The notes beneath the pieces were generated by a model, which was not told the DNA's origin, ran no database searches, and saw nothing but the letters and a program-made list of their open reading frames with translations. This document shows, piece after piece, positions 10,641 through 20,698 of a DNA stretch of 64,000 nucleotides. The translations under genes were made by a program, and so were the position numbers. Each line of letters begins with the position of its first letter. Position 1 is the stretch's first letter. Source of the stretch: a virus; the IMG/VR virus record IMGVR_UViG_3300043788_000023, positions 96,001 through 160,000 of that record, one strand, 5' to 3'.

Positions 10641-11597
10641 TTACCCCAAGAGCCAGCGTTGCTGGCGCAGACCTGCGCTGAACGGGCGGTTCGCAGTGAG
10701 AAGCGGTGCGACGGTGTTGAACTGCTGTTGGTAAGTCTGTGCGAGTGACTGGTACAGCGCTGACTTGTTGATGTCCAGCGACACGCCGTTCAGCGAGTAA
10801 CTGAACTCGTCGGCCGCCCAACGTGCGGACTCACCAGACAGGCAGTACGACGCGGCACCCAAGGCAGCGATGTTGCCCCAGTCAAACGGAATGTTGTCCA
10901 GCGTGAAATTGAAAAAGTTCATCGGGTTGTAGACGTTCAGCGTGGAGATCGCAATGCTGAGGTTCACAAGGATCGTGGTGTCCAGCCAGATGAAGCCAAC
11001 ACGGGTCGTGTAATTGGAAACCACCTTGCCGGGTGTCGGCGGGCGGAAGTGGTAGTTCCTGTCCGGGTTCGTGTCAGCGATAAGTTCACGCACCACACGG
11101 ATAGCCTGCGCATACATCGCTGGCGTCGTTCTTGCGGAGGCGATGGAAAGCTGCTTGCCGATGATCATTGACGGGGCTTCAAACGCCGGGTCAGCCGGGT
11201 CAATGGACTGGACGATGAAGTCCATGTGGACGTAGTTTGCCGGGCAGTTGGCGGCGTACTGCTGAAGCTGCCAGACGATCTTGTAGATGCCCTGTCCCCA
11301 CACGGTCGGGATAGTGAACTTGGCGTAGTAGGTGCCGAGGCTGGCACGGATCGGAATCTGACCAGGCGGAATTACGAGCGTTGAGCCTTCCGGGGGAAGC
11401 GGGGGTCCGCCTTCCATGTTGAGCGGCTGGTGCAGGTCGTACTCGTACGCCACCGTGGGCTTGGTCGGCACCAAGTCCCGCAACTTGAACACACTGTAGC
11501 TGATGTTGACTGGATCAACCAGATTTCCCTGCGCGTCGCGGACTAGGATCGCCAAGTCCTGCGTTCCGGTCTGTTGTCCTTTGGTTAAAACGATCAT
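10641..11597 (-). CDS. Putative head-to-tail adaptor/neck protein
   Basis: 318 aa; C-terminal FSYSLNGVSLDINKS...Y helix typical of adaptors; AGGAG RBS. Confidence 0.55.
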   Translation of the reverse strand: MIVLTKGQQTGTQDLAILVRDAQGNLVDPVNISYSVFKLRDLVPTKPTVAYEYDLHQPLNMEGGPPLPPEGSTLVIPPGQIPIRASLGTYYAKFTIPTVWGQGIYKIVWQLQQYAANCPANYVHMDFIVQSIDPADPAFEAPSMIIGKQLSIASARTTPAMYAQAIRVVRELIADTNPDRNYHFRPPTPGKVVSNYTTRVGFIWLDTTILVNLSIAISTLNVYNPMNFFNFTLDNIPFDWGNIAALGAASYCLSGESARWAADEFSYSLNGVSLDINKSALYQSLAQTYQQQFNTVAPLLTANRPFSAGLRQQRWLLG

Positions 11598-11638
11598 GGA
11601 AAGGTCTGCTCCTACCCTAGATTTGCGTATTTATTTGT

Positions 11639-12208
11639 ATGATCCTCATTGACTTGTACGGTGGACCGGGTGCTGGGAAAACGACCCTCTCGTTCTATCT
11701 CATGTATCGCCTCAAGATGGCTGGAATCCGGGCTGAACTGGTCGGCGAAGCCGCCCGTGAGCACCACATCTACGACTCCATGCCGGGCAACGTCGCACCA
11801 CCGCTGCTTGACAACCAAGTCCTCTTGGCCGGACAGCAGTTTGAACGCATTCTGCGGTTGCAGCGTCATGACTTTGAAGTCGCCGTCAACGACTCGCCGC
11901 TGATCCAAGGCATGCTTTACTGCGAAGGGCAGGCGTACCACGATCACCTGAAGAAAACCATCCGGTCTTTGGAGCCGTATTTTGAAACCTACAAGGTCAT
12001 GATCCATCCACGACCCGGCAGCTATGACCCGGAGAGCCGGGTGCAGCGCACAGAGAAAGAAGCACGGGCGCTGGATGCGACGGTCGTCAAATTGGCAAAG
12101 GGGAAGTTCTGGTCGGAAGTTGGCTGGGAAGACTGGGACACGCTGGGCGACGCTGTCGTCGCCTTGGCTCTGTTGAAGCGAAAGAAAAAGAAGACTAGCC
12201 GTAAGTGA
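11639..12208 (+). CDS. NadR/AAA_28-like P-loop nucleotide kinase
   Basis: LYGGPGAGKTT Walker A, DSPL motif, YDPESRVQ. Confidence 0.75.
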   Translation: MILIDLYGGPGAGKTTLSFYLMYRLKMAGIRAELVGEAAREHHIYDSMPGNVAPPLLDNQVLLAGQQFERILRLQRHDFEVAVNDSPLIQGMLYCEGQAYHDHLKKTIRSLEPYFETYKVMIHPRPGSYDPESRVQRTEKEARALDATVVKLAKGKFWSEVGWEDWDTLGDAVVALALLKRKKKKTSRK

Positions 12209-12761
12209 TCCTCTCTTTTGATTCCATCAGGTTCTTGATCCACTCAAAGATGTTGTTCACGCCTATCGTGCCGTCTACGCGGTAAAGTTGCGCCTCACGG
12301 TCGTAGTAGCCGATCAACGGGGCGGTGCGGGTTGCGTATTCTTCCATGCGTTCGCCAATAGTCCCCGCGTTGTCGTCGGGACGTCCCTCGTTACGAGCCG
12401 CAATGCGGCGGAGAACTTCCTCCTCCGGTACTTGGAGCAGGATCGCGAGGGGATGCCCGTAGTGAGCGTAGTACCATTCCGCTTGCGTGACAGTGCGGGG
12501 ATAACCATCAAGAATGTAGCCGTCTTCGCAGTCTTCTTGCCCCAAGCGGGAAGTGATCAGGTCCTCCATCAGGTTGTCCGGCACAAGCAGACCCTTGTCA
12601 AGAGTCTCCTTGACAGCCATACCGAGGATGCTTCGTCGCTGGACATTGAAGCGCAGTATTTCTCCGGTGGAGATGTGGGGAATTCCAAAGTAGGCGGACA
12701 GGAGCTTTCCCTGAGTGCCCTTGCCAGAACCAGGCGATCCGATCAGGACAACGGGCATCAT
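12195..12761 (-). CDS. adk: Adenylate kinase (short-LID type)
   Basis: GSPGSGKGTQ, HISTGEILR, GYILDGYPRT and GRPDD motifs. Confidence 0.92.
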   Translation of the reverse strand: MMPVVLIGSPGSGKGTQGKLLSAYFGIPHISTGEILRFNVQRRSILGMAVKETLDKGLLVPDNLMEDLITSRLGQEDCEDGYILDGYPRTVTQAEWYYAHYGHPLAILLQVPEEEVLRRIAARNEGRPDDNAGTIGERMEEYATRTAPLIGYYDREAQLYRVDGTIGVNNIFEWIKNLMESKERITYG

Positions 12762-12928
12762 GCGTTCCATCCTGCGAAGAACGCCTTCCAAGCGTTCTCG
12801 GTGTACGGCGAAACGTATTCACCGTTGGCGCACTGATCCAGCGAGTACCAGATAGGCTTGACGCCTTCCCTCGTCCAGAACTCAAACTCGGCGCGAGCCT
12901 TCTTTTCGTTCTTTTGTTCAGATGTCAT
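12758..12928 (-). CDS. Small hypothetical protein
   Basis: ATGA overlaps with the genes on both sides. Confidence 0.5.
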   Translation of the reverse strand: MTSEQKNEKKARAEFEFWTREGVKPIWYSLDQCANGEYVSPYTENAWKAFFAGWNA

Positions 12929-13221
12929 TTCGTCTCCGTGCCGCAAGTCGTGTCGCCCGGTGGTAAGAATGCAACACCGATGTCATGGATTCCCTTGACG
13001 ACATGATCTTTGTGTTTCTCGTCAGTCCAATAAACATTGTACGTGTTGAAGGTGATCTGTTCAATGACCACCTCATTGTAGCAGGCGTGGGCGGTGCCGT
13101 TGCCCGGATTCACGGTGATCAAAGCCGGAGTTGAGTAATGAGTGAGCGACCCGCCCGCAGGCGGTTTGGAACTGCCGCAGCCTACAAGAACCAGTAAGAA
13201 AACCAACAGTGTCTTTTTCAC
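12925..13221 (-). CDS. Putative lipoprotein
   Basis: MKKTLLVFLLVLVGC lipobox. Confidence 0.65.
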   Translation of the reverse strand: MKKTLLVFLLVLVGCGSSKPPAGGSLTHYSTPALITVNPGNGTAHACYNEVVIEQITFNTYNVYWTDEKHKDHVVKGIHDIGVAFLPPGDTTCGTETK

Positions 13222-14048
13222 TTGTCCCCCGGATAGTTGCTGCGTGGTCTGCCTTCACCGAGGCGGACACGTTCGTACTTGTCAAACTCACAAAGGCAGT
13301 TCTGCAAATCCTGCGCGTGCAGCGGAGGCATGCCCGCAGCCTGTATCATTGGAAGGATTGCGGCTCTCAGCCCGCAGAGGGTGACGAACCATTCGCCCTC
13401 TTTCCAGTTCTGATTGACGGGTCGCCCCATGACACGGTTCAAGCCACGCTTGCTGCCCGGTCCCTCAACGGCGAACTCCCACCAGTCCAGCGCGGTGTCC
13501 AGCATGCGTGTGTACTTGGTGTCGCACACGATCTGCCCCGCCATGAAGCTGCCGATGCCGTTGAACTCAGTCAGACGCTTCTGCAAATGGGCGCAGCTTC
13601 TCGTCTCGCCAATGTAATCCCGTCGTTCCCACAGCGGGGTAAGAATGTTGTCGGCGATGTGAGCAACCTTGGAGCCGCCCTTCCCGGCGTGGATCATGTA
13701 TGCGCCCGTCCAAACCTTTTTGCCTGTGTCCGTCAAGCGCTGCATCACCGCCTTGAAGCCGTGACCCTGTCCCCACGGCACGGGGTAGCCTATCTCGGCG
13801 AGTGTGTCGGGCCAATTGACGTAGCGGGCGACTGCCATTGCGAACCACACATCGGGGTCGTTTGTGTTCGGATCACGCCAGTTTTCCTTGATCCATTGAG
13901 TGACGGTGTCGTCCTCGCGGTAGACGTTGCAGAAGCGGTAGTTCTGGAGGATGGGGTCTTGAGTCCAAGGCTTGGGCAAGCCCTGCTTGCGGTGCTGGAG
14001 CACGGCGTAGCGCTCGCTTACGAATCGGAAGAGGTCTTCGGTGCGCAC
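13218..14048 (-). CDS. 5-hmdU DNA kinase helical-domain / aGPT-pyrophosphorylase-family protein (thymidine hypermodification)
   Basis: ER...PWTQDPILQNYRFCNVYREDD and QNCLCEFDKYER motifs. Confidence 0.8.
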   Translation of the reverse strand: MRTEDLFRFVSERYAVLQHRKQGLPKPWTQDPILQNYRFCNVYREDDTVTQWIKENWRDPNTNDPDVWFAMAVARYVNWPDTLAEIGYPVPWGQGHGFKAVMQRLTDTGKKVWTGAYMIHAGKGGSKVAHIADNILTPLWERRDYIGETRSCAHLQKRLTEFNGIGSFMAGQIVCDTKYTRMLDTALDWWEFAVEGPGSKRGLNRVMGRPVNQNWKEGEWFVTLCGLRAAILPMIQAAGMPPLHAQDLQNCLCEFDKYERVRLGEGRPRSNYPGDK

Positions 14049-14279
14049 TTACTCATTATGCCCCGAGGGGGAAGCAATGTCAATCAGGGCGTTATCCTCA
14101 ACGAAGTCGTAATGCTCGGCGCACAGCCAGATGCCGTCACGCTTGATTGAAGCCGGGGCGTCACAAAAGCCGTAAGGCGAGTCGTCCCCAGAGTTGTGGC
14201 AACGCCCGGCACCTGAAGCATTCAAAGCTTCGCAGGTTCCGACGCTGGCACCACCAGTGATGAACTGACAGCGGTTCAT
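14049..14279 (-). CDS. Small Cys-rich protein
   Basis: CDAPASIK...WLCAEHY; paralogous motif in 44840..45046. Confidence 0.55.
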   Translation of the reverse strand: MNRCQFITGGASVGTCEALNASGAGRCHNSGDDSPYGFCDAPASIKRDGIWLCAEHYDFVEDNALIDIASPSGHNE

Positions 14280-14470
14280 GACGGGATTTTGTTCAGCACC
14301 AGCCAGTGGTCAGCTTCGCAGTCCTTGGCGAGGCGAATCAGCATGGAAGCGTGTGTCTCGCAAAGCTGCACAAGCTCGCCGTCGTGCTTCTTCAGGGTAG
14401 TAGTAGCGGGGTTCTCGCAGGTGAACTTCCTAGCATCATTGTCAGCGACGGTGAATTTGCAAGTAGCCAT
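14276..14470 (-). CDS. Small Cys/His protein
   Basis: C...CENPA...LCETH; coupled stop/start. Confidence 0.5.
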   Translation of the reverse strand: MATCKFTVADNDARKFTCENPATTTLKKHDGELVQLCETHASMLIRLAKDCEADHWLVLNKIPS

Positions 14471-14473
14471 GGA

Positions 14474-14779
14474 TTAGCCCACAGGGTATAGGTTGCCGAT
14501 CATGTCCGAAATCTGCTTGTATTCCGGTATGTCGCCGTTCTGCCAAATCTTCAGTTCTTCATACGGGCGGGTCACACGGACATCAAATTCGGCGGCTACT
14601 TTCTGGAGGACTCCTGCCACGGCGTTGATCTCTTCGTAGTTCAGCCCCTTGGCAAGCAGAAACTTTGCGGCAAGCCGTGTGATCGCGTAATTGAGATCGC
14701 CCACAGTCTCAAGCTGTTCAGACAGGGACTCTACGCATGGGTCAATGGGTTTCCGGTCGGATGGTTGTATGTACGGCAT
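14474..14779 (-). CDS. Conserved phage protein (DUF6899-like)
   Basis: MPYI...GDLNYAIT...PYEELKIWQNGD. Confidence 0.65.
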   Translation of the reverse strand: MPYIQPSDRKPIDPCVESLSEQLETVGDLNYAITRLAAKFLLAKGLNYEEINAVAGVLQKVAAEFDVRVTRPYEELKIWQNGDIPEYKQISDMIGNLYPVG

Positions 14780-15573
14780 TAGTTCACCTTTCTCCACGTC
14801 GCGCCTTCCATGACGTTGCTTTCGGTTTCGTAAACTGCCGATGGCTGGTAGGACTTTCGTAGTTCCTCGGGCAGTTCAAGCATCAGGGAATAGGCGATGA
14901 TACTGTAGCCCAGTAGGTCACGAGCGCTGTCCTCACGCTTCTCAAAGTTTCCGGCACGATTGTCAGCCTTGAGTTGAGCGTACCGGGCGATCTTGTCCCA
15001 CAGCCTGGGCAGGATACCTGGAAGGCCGTGCCTGCGGAAACTCTCGCCGTAATCCTGCGCCTTGGGGTGTAGGAATTCGCATGCAGCAGCGACACGTTCC
15101 CTGACAAGCTGTTCCGTGCTGTGGATGTCCTGAAGCTGGGCGTCGGTGAGTGCTTTTTCTTCCATCAGCACGAGCAGTGCCGATGTGTAAACCAAGAAGT
15201 GAAGGCCTTGCTCAACCATGTGGAGAAACATCGGAGACCACTTAGACGGCGGGGTGTTGCGGTTGTGCTCAATCAGGCTCTCAACCACAATGAAGCGGTA
15301 GAGCCACTGGAGCGCTATGTGCCCGAGGCTGCACGGCACGGCATCAAGCTCCGGCATGACGGTTTCTTTATCCAGTTGAGTGTCAATCCTGTCCCCGGCG
15401 ATGTACCCTACGCCGTTCAGGTAGGAAAGCTGGTCAGCGGATTGAAGAAGCTCTCTAGCTTCCTTTGCGCTGATATGGGTGGGGAGGTTCTCAATCACTG
15501 GCTTCCAGCCGTCGCCGCGAACCATCAGGCTTCGGCGTACCTCTTGCCAGAAGGGGGTAGTTTCATCGCTCAT
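14779..15573 (-). CDS. Nucleotide-modification-associated domain (DUF1599-like) protein
   Basis: KAQDYGESF...RLWDKIARY...DSARDLLGYSII. Confidence 0.7.
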   Translation of the reverse strand: MSDETTPFWQEVRRSLMVRGDGWKPVIENLPTHISAKEARELLQSADQLSYLNGVGYIAGDRIDTQLDKETVMPELDAVPCSLGHIALQWLYRFIVVESLIEHNRNTPPSKWSPMFLHMVEQGLHFLVYTSALLVLMEEKALTDAQLQDIHSTEQLVRERVAAACEFLHPKAQDYGESFRRHGLPGILPRLWDKIARYAQLKADNRAGNFEKREDSARDLLGYSIIAYSLMLELPEELRKSYQPSAVYETESNVMEGATWRKVN

Positions 15574-15591
15574 ACCCCTTAATACTGCGAT

Positions 15592-15783
15592 TTAAGCTTC
15601 GTCTTCGTCGTCGCAGTTACATTGCACGACTGGGGAGGGGGCGGGATACTTTCCTGTCACCGACCGGACGAGCTTGATCACGAAGTCGCAAAGAATGCCT
15701 AAACCGAACAGAATAAAGCACCCGGTGATGAAAGCGTGACCGGGGTACCTAGCTATCCAGTCTAGAATGTCGTTTAGATTCAT
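15592..15783 (-). CDS. Small membrane protein
   Basis: One hydrophobic helix; GAGGA RBS. Confidence 0.5.
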   Translation of the reverse strand: MNLNDILDWIARYPGHAFITGCFILFGLGILCDFVIKLVRSVTGKYPAPSPVVQCNCDDEDEA

Positions 15784-16030
15784 CTATCCTCACAAAGAAG
15801 TCAATGGCATCACGCAACGTGCCCTCTTCGTTCTCAAGCCGCCAGTACACGTCTTGCAGCCTGCTATGGTTTGCGGCTAGCCAATCCATCCTGTCGCTGT
15901 CGTCCAATTCTCACCTTCCCGAAGTACCTGATCTTGCCCTCTTTCGCCGCCTTGTTGATCTGGTGGCTAGCCCACAGGGTCATGACGATCCCCACGGAAC
16001 CCAGGCTGATGATGAAAATATCGTAGAGCA

Positions 16031-17836
16031 TCAATGGGACTCTACGCCAGAACCACCCGAGAACTGGGAAGCGGAGGCGGCTCTCGCTCTCGGCTTACGG
16101 GACTTCCTGATCGCCTTCAGTTTCTCTGGGATCACGGGTGCTGTGTCCTTCGTGTGCTTCATGTCGGTCTCAAAGCTCACGGAAGCCGTCACGGCACGCT
16201 TGAGGTCTCCGATGTTGATCGTCCGGTTCTTGGACTTCGCGAGCGTCATCGCCATGCGGATTGAGTTCTTGATCTGGCGACCGTTCACGTCGTAGCTGGA
16301 AAGCTCCGCAGCCCACTCCGGGTTGAGACCCGCAGCACCGAGGAGGTTCGTCCACACCTTCTGCGCTTTGCCTTCCTTCTTATAGTGCAGGGCGACGGAG
16401 ATGCGGCTGTAGAACGCTTGGTCAATCTTCCGCACACGGTTGGTCGTGAGGAAGAGCACACCGTTGTGATACTCAAGCAGGCGCAGGAACACGCCCACCA
16501 TTGCGTTGCGTTCAATGTTGTGCTCGTCACGCTCTTCAAGGAAGATGTCTGCCTCGTCAAGCAGGAGCACGGCGTCCCAGATGACGGCGACGTCAAGGAT
16601 GTTGCGCAGCTTCTTTTCCAGCGTGTCGGTGCTGGTGCCGAGTTCGCCGACGCCAACGGAGTACAGAGGCTTGTGGAGGAGTTCTGCCACGGCTTCTGCC
16701 GAGGCGGTCTTGCCCCAGCCCGGAGGCCCGTGAAGCAGGAAGATCGTCCCGCCGCCTTTGCCCTCAATGATGTCTTGGAAGCCCGATCCGTGGAACTTGA
16801 CAAGCGAGTAGATCAAGTCCTTCTTGTCTTCCTCCACGACGAGTTTGTCCCATGCGTCATCACGCCACTGGATGTCGGTCATGCCGTCAAGGTCAAGCTT
16901 GCCCCACTGCTTCACAGCGAGGGAGAACCCGTAAAGCTGCGGTAGGCAGCGCCAGTAATCCTTATCCGCGATGTCAGTGTTGGCACGAACCTGACCACCA
17001 CGCTGGCGTTCCTCTTCAATCTGGACGCCGCAGCGTGCGACGCAGGAGCGCCAGACTTCAGGTTCTTGGCGTTCAAACGAGATCGGATCAATGACGACAC
17101 GACCGTCAGCACGGAACGTGCGGGCGTTCCACCAGCTAGGCTGTTCCAGCGTGCCCTTGTAGGCAACGTAGGTACCCGGCTTGAGGAAGCGTGCGAACCG
17201 CTTGCCACGTTCCGTCAAGAACGCTCTGTCCTTTTTCGTCACGGGACGCACGGGCAGGTCTGCCAGCGGTATGAGACCACGAAAGCCCGGCATTGAGTAC
17301 GAGTACAAGCCCTGTGCGACCTCGCCCTTGACGGCGTGGACGACACTGATTGTGAACTCCCAGTAGACGCCCGCGAAGAAGGAGCGCTGGAGCTTCACGG
17401 ACTTCACGATGCCGCCAATCAGACCCTCGTCGTAGGTCTTCGCCACGATCTCGGTGCCAGCAGGGAACACGGTCTCTATGTCGCTCATCTCAACGAGACC
17501 CTTTTCCTTGCGTTTCTCGTAGGAGGTGACACGGCGCTGTTTCTCTTCTTGCAGGATGGTGATGAGCGTGCCCTTGGACGGGTGATTGATGTGGTTGATG
17601 AGGTCAATATAGTCGGCGAGAAAAGCAACGGGGTAGCGGTGTCCGAATTCCTCAACCATTTCTTCTTCAAGAGAATTGGTCAGATAGGACCAGACGTAGT
17701 CACGCATGCCGCCAAACTTCGGGTCACGCATGTCAATGAACTTGTGCCCACGGTCTTCAAGAAGCTGGAACCCGGCGTTTTTGGAAACGACGACTGGCTT
17801 CTCGTTGTAGGTGTAGTACTCGTAGCTTCTTGCCAA
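16031..17836 (-). CDS. AAA+ ATPase
   Basis: LHGPPGWGKT Walker A; LLLDEADIFL Walker B; FLTTNR sensor; SRI arginine finger. Confidence 0.9.
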   Translation of the reverse strand: MARSYEYYTYNEKPVVVSKNAGFQLLEDRGHKFIDMRDPKFGGMRDYVWSYLTNSLEEEMVEEFGHRYPVAFLADYIDLINHINHPSKGTLITILQEEKQRRVTSYEKRKEKGLVEMSDIETVFPAGTEIVAKTYDEGLIGGIVKSVKLQRSFFAGVYWEFTISVVHAVKGEVAQGLYSYSMPGFRGLIPLADLPVRPVTKKDRAFLTERGKRFARFLKPGTYVAYKGTLEQPSWWNARTFRADGRVVIDPISFERQEPEVWRSCVARCGVQIEEERQRGGQVRANTDIADKDYWRCLPQLYGFSLAVKQWGKLDLDGMTDIQWRDDAWDKLVVEEDKKDLIYSLVKFHGSGFQDIIEGKGGGTIFLLHGPPGWGKTASAEAVAELLHKPLYSVGVGELGTSTDTLEKKLRNILDVAVIWDAVLLLDEADIFLEERDEHNIERNAMVGVFLRLLEYHNGVLFLTTNRVRKIDQAFYSRISVALHYKKEGKAQKVWTNLLGAAGLNPEWAAELSSYDVNGRQIKNSIRMAMTLAKSKNRTINIGDLKRAVTASVSFETDMKHTKDTAPVIPEKLKAIRKSRKPRARAASASQFSGGSGVESH

Positions 17837-17855
17837 AGGAGTAACCTCTCAAGTG

Positions 17856-17884
17856 AGCATAACCCCCTTGGCGGGGAACGTCAA
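17856..17884 (-). promoter_or_regulatory. Sigma70-type promoter of the AAA ATPase gene
   Basis: TTGACG-N17-TATGCT. Confidence 0.6.
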
Positions 17885-17994
17885 GCGGCGGCCGTTATGG
17901 TTTATCTCCGCCCATCAGCCGGAAAAAAGACCGGAGCGCCCACGCACCTGCGAAGGCCACCCCGGTCCACATCAATGCTTCGGGCCAGTTCAAA

Positions 17995-19464
17995 CTAAAC
18001 TCCCACACCGTTCGCTTGGGCGTATTCCGCACCCTGCTCGTCCGCGATCTTGCGGATTTCGTCAAGGTTCTGGAAGCGCTTCATCTCGCCGTTGAGAAAA
18101 ACCGTCTCAAGGCGGTCAAACGGGTAAGGGACATCACGATTTGAATTCACCACAGTCGCCCAGCGACCACGATCCTGCTTGAGCAGTACGAGGCGTCCGC
18201 CCTTGCTTGCCTTGCCCTTGTCGGTGGACGGGTCCTTGGACACCGGGATGTCCTTGCCGTCAATCACCGCGTTGCAAAGCTTGATGGCGAACTTCTGGGT
18301 GTCACGGTTGACCTTCTGGAGTAAGCCGCCTCCCATACCGCAGACGATGTTCTCGGTTGACCAGTGTGCTGCCTTGATGGCACGAAGCAGCGAGTGGATG
18401 GAGTACAAGTCCATACCGTCTCCCCACAGGGTGCCGATGCACGGGGCAAGAACCTTGTAGCCCTTGCCGTTCTCACGGGTGCCGAAGCTCTCGGCGAAGA
18501 TGTCAAACAGTTGGGGAACCTGAGTGGTCGGATCGCCGGAGTCCGGTCGGCAAACCACCTTGCCCTCACGAGCACGAATCAGATCACGAAACTCTCGTCC
18601 GAGAATTTCCTTTGCGAAGTTGAAGATGTTGTAGGAGTCGCCCACAAGGCTGATGATGCCCTTGGGGTACTTACGCAGCGCGGCTCCGACTTGCTCCGCT
18701 TCGCCAGCGCGACCCTTGATGGTGAACATTGAGTGCTCGGTCGCCGGGACGCTGTACATTGAGACGCGAGGAGCACCGTAGTACTGGTGCGTGTAGTCCA
18801 TGCCGACCATCGTATCGCTACCGAGAAAGTTGATGCCGTGCGCTGCGCCGCCACGCCCAGCCGCCTGCACGCATTCCACGCCCCGGAAGCCGAAGTCGTG
18901 AAGCTGGAAGGGGAGAGCCGCCAAGGTGTCGGCTGTTTCCTCAAGAAACTTGCGGAAGAGTTCTTTGCACATGCGTGACTTGGTCGCAACCGTGGTGCCG
19001 TACCAAGCGTGTTGGAGAACAGTCTCCATCCACTGCCCGATTCCCGGCACCCGCTGATCTGTGGAGCGGACGGTGTAGAGAACATTGCTGACCGGAACGA
19101 TGCTGCCTTCTTTGACCGCTTTGATCTCAACCGGGAGCCGCCCGTCATACTTGTCCAGAATGTATTTCCAGTCGTCGTAGTGGAACGGGAAGCCCTCGTA
19201 GAAGTGGGCTTGGGTGTCTTCCTGCATGTCGTTCAGGTTTTGCAGGGTGAAGAACTTGCCGATGAAATGCTCAATCAAGAGACCTTGAAGCCCGAAGAAC
19301 TGGGTGTACGGAAACTCGCCGCCACGAGATTCAAAGTAGGCGAGCAACTCCTGCACAGCCGCTTCGTAAAAATGGGTGTTCTTGTAGCTGTCCGCCAAGT
19401 GGAGCGGGTTGGGGTCAAACGGTATCGGTGCAGCGTAAGACAAAGTCGGGTTATACACTTGCAT
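17995..19464 (-). CDS. nadV: Nicotinamide phosphoribosyltransferase
   Basis: DSYKNTH, LHDFGFRG, SVPATEHS, RPDSGDP and GMGGGLLQKVNRDT motifs. Confidence 0.95.
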   Translation of the reverse strand: MQVYNPTLSYAAPIPFDPNPLHLADSYKNTHFYEAAVQELLAYFESRGGEFPYTQFFGLQGLLIEHFIGKFFTLQNLNDMQEDTQAHFYEGFPFHYDDWKYILDKYDGRLPVEIKAVKEGSIVPVSNVLYTVRSTDQRVPGIGQWMETVLQHAWYGTTVATKSRMCKELFRKFLEETADTLAALPFQLHDFGFRGVECVQAAGRGGAAHGINFLGSDTMVGMDYTHQYYGAPRVSMYSVPATEHSMFTIKGRAGEAEQVGAALRKYPKGIISLVGDSYNIFNFAKEILGREFRDLIRAREGKVVCRPDSGDPTTQVPQLFDIFAESFGTRENGKGYKVLAPCIGTLWGDGMDLYSIHSLLRAIKAAHWSTENIVCGMGGGLLQKVNRDTQKFAIKLCNAVIDGKDIPVSKDPSTDKGKASKGGRLVLLKQDRGRWATVVNSNRDVPYPFDRLETVFLNGEMKRFQNLDEIRKIADEQGAEYAQANGVGV

Positions 19465-20389
19465 TTTGGGCCTCCTCTTTCTTGATGCCCTTTTCCTTCA
19501 AAAACTTCTCCAGAAGGATAAAGAGCGGCTGGTGCGTGTCAACGATGTTTCCCGCTACCAGCGCTTCGGTCTTGAACCATCTCACTTCAACAATGTCGTC
19601 GCTCGCCGTCGCACCCTGAGACGTCACGGTCGTAGAGAAGAACGAAGTCTTGACTGCACGGTCGGGCGTGTTGTAGCGCCAGTCGGGAATGAGTGCGGAG
19701 CCGATGTACTGCATCTTGTGCGGGTCAAGCGAGGTCTCTTCAAAGACTTCGCTGCGGGCGTCTGCCTCGTAGGTCGGGCGCTTCCTCTCCGCATGTCCGC
19801 CGATGAAGCGGTACTTTCCTTCTGGATCAGTGTCCTTGCGCCCGAGGAGAATGTTCACATAGTCGGTGGTGAAGATTGCAATGTCCACAGTCGGCAGAAG
19901 CACGGGCCAGAGGTGTGCGGATGCGTAGATCATCCCGGCTCGGAACTCGGACGACTCAATGACGGTGTTGGAAAGAGCGTTGCGGATGTCGGTGCCCTTG
20001 ATCTTGGAGATTTCCACCGGGAGGGTGAGTTCAACGGGGGTGTAGCGCCCTTTGTAGTGCGGGACGAATGAATCACGTCCGCCGTAGAGAGTCGCATCGC
20101 CGAACGTCACGACCGAGGAGATTGCTTTGTCAAGCTGCTCGCTCCACATCTCGTCGTTGCGCACGTCCATGAGCGGGAGCACTGTGAAATCGGGGAATTT
20201 CGCCTGAATCATCCTGCGGCGTGTTTCAAAATCAAGCGGATTGTCTTTGGTGAGTCCGGCTGGGTGAACGCCGACGAACACGATGACGCCGTTATGCCGG
20301 ATGCGTACTTGACGGAACAGTTCCATGTGTCCGTCGTGCAAGTCGTTGACTTGGAACCTGCCTACAACCACTCCGTAACTGGGTTTCAT
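19451..20389 (-). CDS. Bifunctional NMN adenylyltransferase / Nudix ADP-ribose pyrophosphatase (NadM-Nudix, NatV-like)
   Basis: GRFQ..LHDGH HxGH motif, NPL, Nudix-like box (GG...ARSEVFEET), ASDD. Confidence 0.9.
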   Translation of the reverse strand: MKPSYGVVVGRFQVNDLHDGHMELFRQVRIRHNGVIVFVGVHPAGLTKDNPLDFETRRRMIQAKFPDFTVLPLMDVRNDEMWSEQLDKAISSVVTFGDATLYGGRDSFVPHYKGRYTPVELTLPVEISKIKGTDIRNALSNTVIESSEFRAGMIYASAHLWPVLLPTVDIAIFTTDYVNILLGRKDTDPEGKYRFIGGHAERKRPTYEADARSEVFEETSLDPHKMQYIGSALIPDWRYNTPDRAVKTSFFSTTVTSQGATASDDIVEVRWFKTEALVAGNIVDTHQPLFILLEKFLKEKGIKKEEAQNASV

Positions 20390-20562
20390 CTGAAGAACTT
20401 TCCGACTACGGCAATCGCCGACAGAAAGAAGGCGGCGACGACCAGCAGTCCAAGTACAGAAGTCAGACGCACGATCACAAACGAGTGGGCGATGACCCAA
20501 TATCCCACATAGAGCAGAAATGCTGCCATCAACACAAGAAGAATGGCGAGACGTCTCATCAT
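20386..20562 (-). CDS. Small two-TM membrane protein
   Basis: Hydrophobic; ATGA overlap with the NMNAT gene; GGAG RBS. Confidence 0.5.
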   Translation of the reverse strand: MMRRLAILLVLMAAFLLYVGYWVIAHSFVIVRLTSVLGLLVVAAFFLSAIAVVGKFFR

Positions 20563-20698
20563 ACTTATCTCCAACTCCCAAATCTTATCCGGTACGCAAT
20601 GGGGGCGCTGACGACAGCGAGAACTACTCCCAAAGCGAGGACGTACCGATGGGTGAAAATGTCCGTCCATGTAGAAACCAAGATCATCTGAGGGGGCA

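Noticed and set aside
6440-11620. Late-promoter motif (CTTTC-N-CCTT) upstream of structural genes
   Set aside because: The similarity among the few upstream regions is too weak to support by eye.
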